Shown: positions 4,885 through 5,079 of the stretch, piece by piece
Layout: the number at the start of each line of letters is the position of its first letter
How positions within the stretch are numbered: the first letter of the stretch is position 1
Source of the DNA: a virus
Lineage: Duplodnaviria; Heunggongvirae; Uroviricota; Caudoviricetes
Virus record (IMG/VR): IMGVR_UViG_2671180986_000013
Length of the DNA: 5,079 nucleotides
Strand: one strand, 5' to 3'
Notes under the pieces: model-generated
The model's input: only the letters and a program-made list of their open reading frames with translations
The model's database searches: none
What the model was told of the DNA's origin: nothing
Position numbers and translations under genes: made by a program

Positions 4885-5079
4885 TTAAAAATCCTCTGTA
4901 ACTAAATAGGGGTCAAACTCGAAATCTGGTTGCTCGTTTTCCATTGGCTCAATATTCCCAACGGCAATATGATGTTCAACAATGCCAATTAATTTCGCGC
5001 ACATCACAGCAAGCAAAGCGCAATATTTATCGCTTGGTAATTCGTAACTGGATTTGCCCCTATATTTCCAGACATCTGT
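4885..5079 (-). CDS. C-terminal fragment of a hypothetical protein (N-terminus beyond window edge)
   Basis: Minus-strand frame open from the window edge to TAA at 4887..4885 (...CALLAVMCAKLIGIVEHHIAVGNIEPMENEQPDFEFDPYLVTEDF); the stop is immediately followed by the ATG of the next gene (TAAATG). Confidence 0.4.
   Translation of the reverse strand, partial: TDVWKYRGKSSYELPSDKYCALLAVMCAKLIGIVEHHIAVGNIEPMENEQPDFEFDPYLVTEDF

Noticed and set aside
4634-4888. Plus-strand ORF (84 aa)
   Set aside because: Antisense to the RHH-like gene; no ribosome-binding site.

Overview
The window looks like a compact, AT-rich phage or prophage segment with every supportable gene on the minus strand. From high to low coordinates there is a partial ORF (4885..5079), then three translationally coupled small genes: a ribbon-helix-helix-like protein, a small HNH endonuclease and a 66-aa ORF. 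After a 178-bp spacer come a 107-aa acidic protein and an overlapping 21-aa hydrophobic peptide. A near-consensus sigma70-type promoter (3511..3539) then fires into about 1 kb of mostly non-coding DNA built from two repeat families (A, 121 bp, two identical copies; B, about 122 bp, two copies at roughly 95%), punctuated by four terminator-like hairpins and containing a 40-bp perfect palindrome and a 57-aa ORF. The region ends at a large ORF (13..2511) whose C-terminal part resembles a phage tail tape-measure domain and whose interior is hidden by 661 N. The repeat/promoter/hairpin leader is the most unusual part, followed by the acidic protein with its peptide and the RHH-HNH cassette. All product calls rest on motif recognition by eye; no database search was run. 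Plus-strand ORFs in the supplied track are antisense to better minus-strand genes and are rejected.
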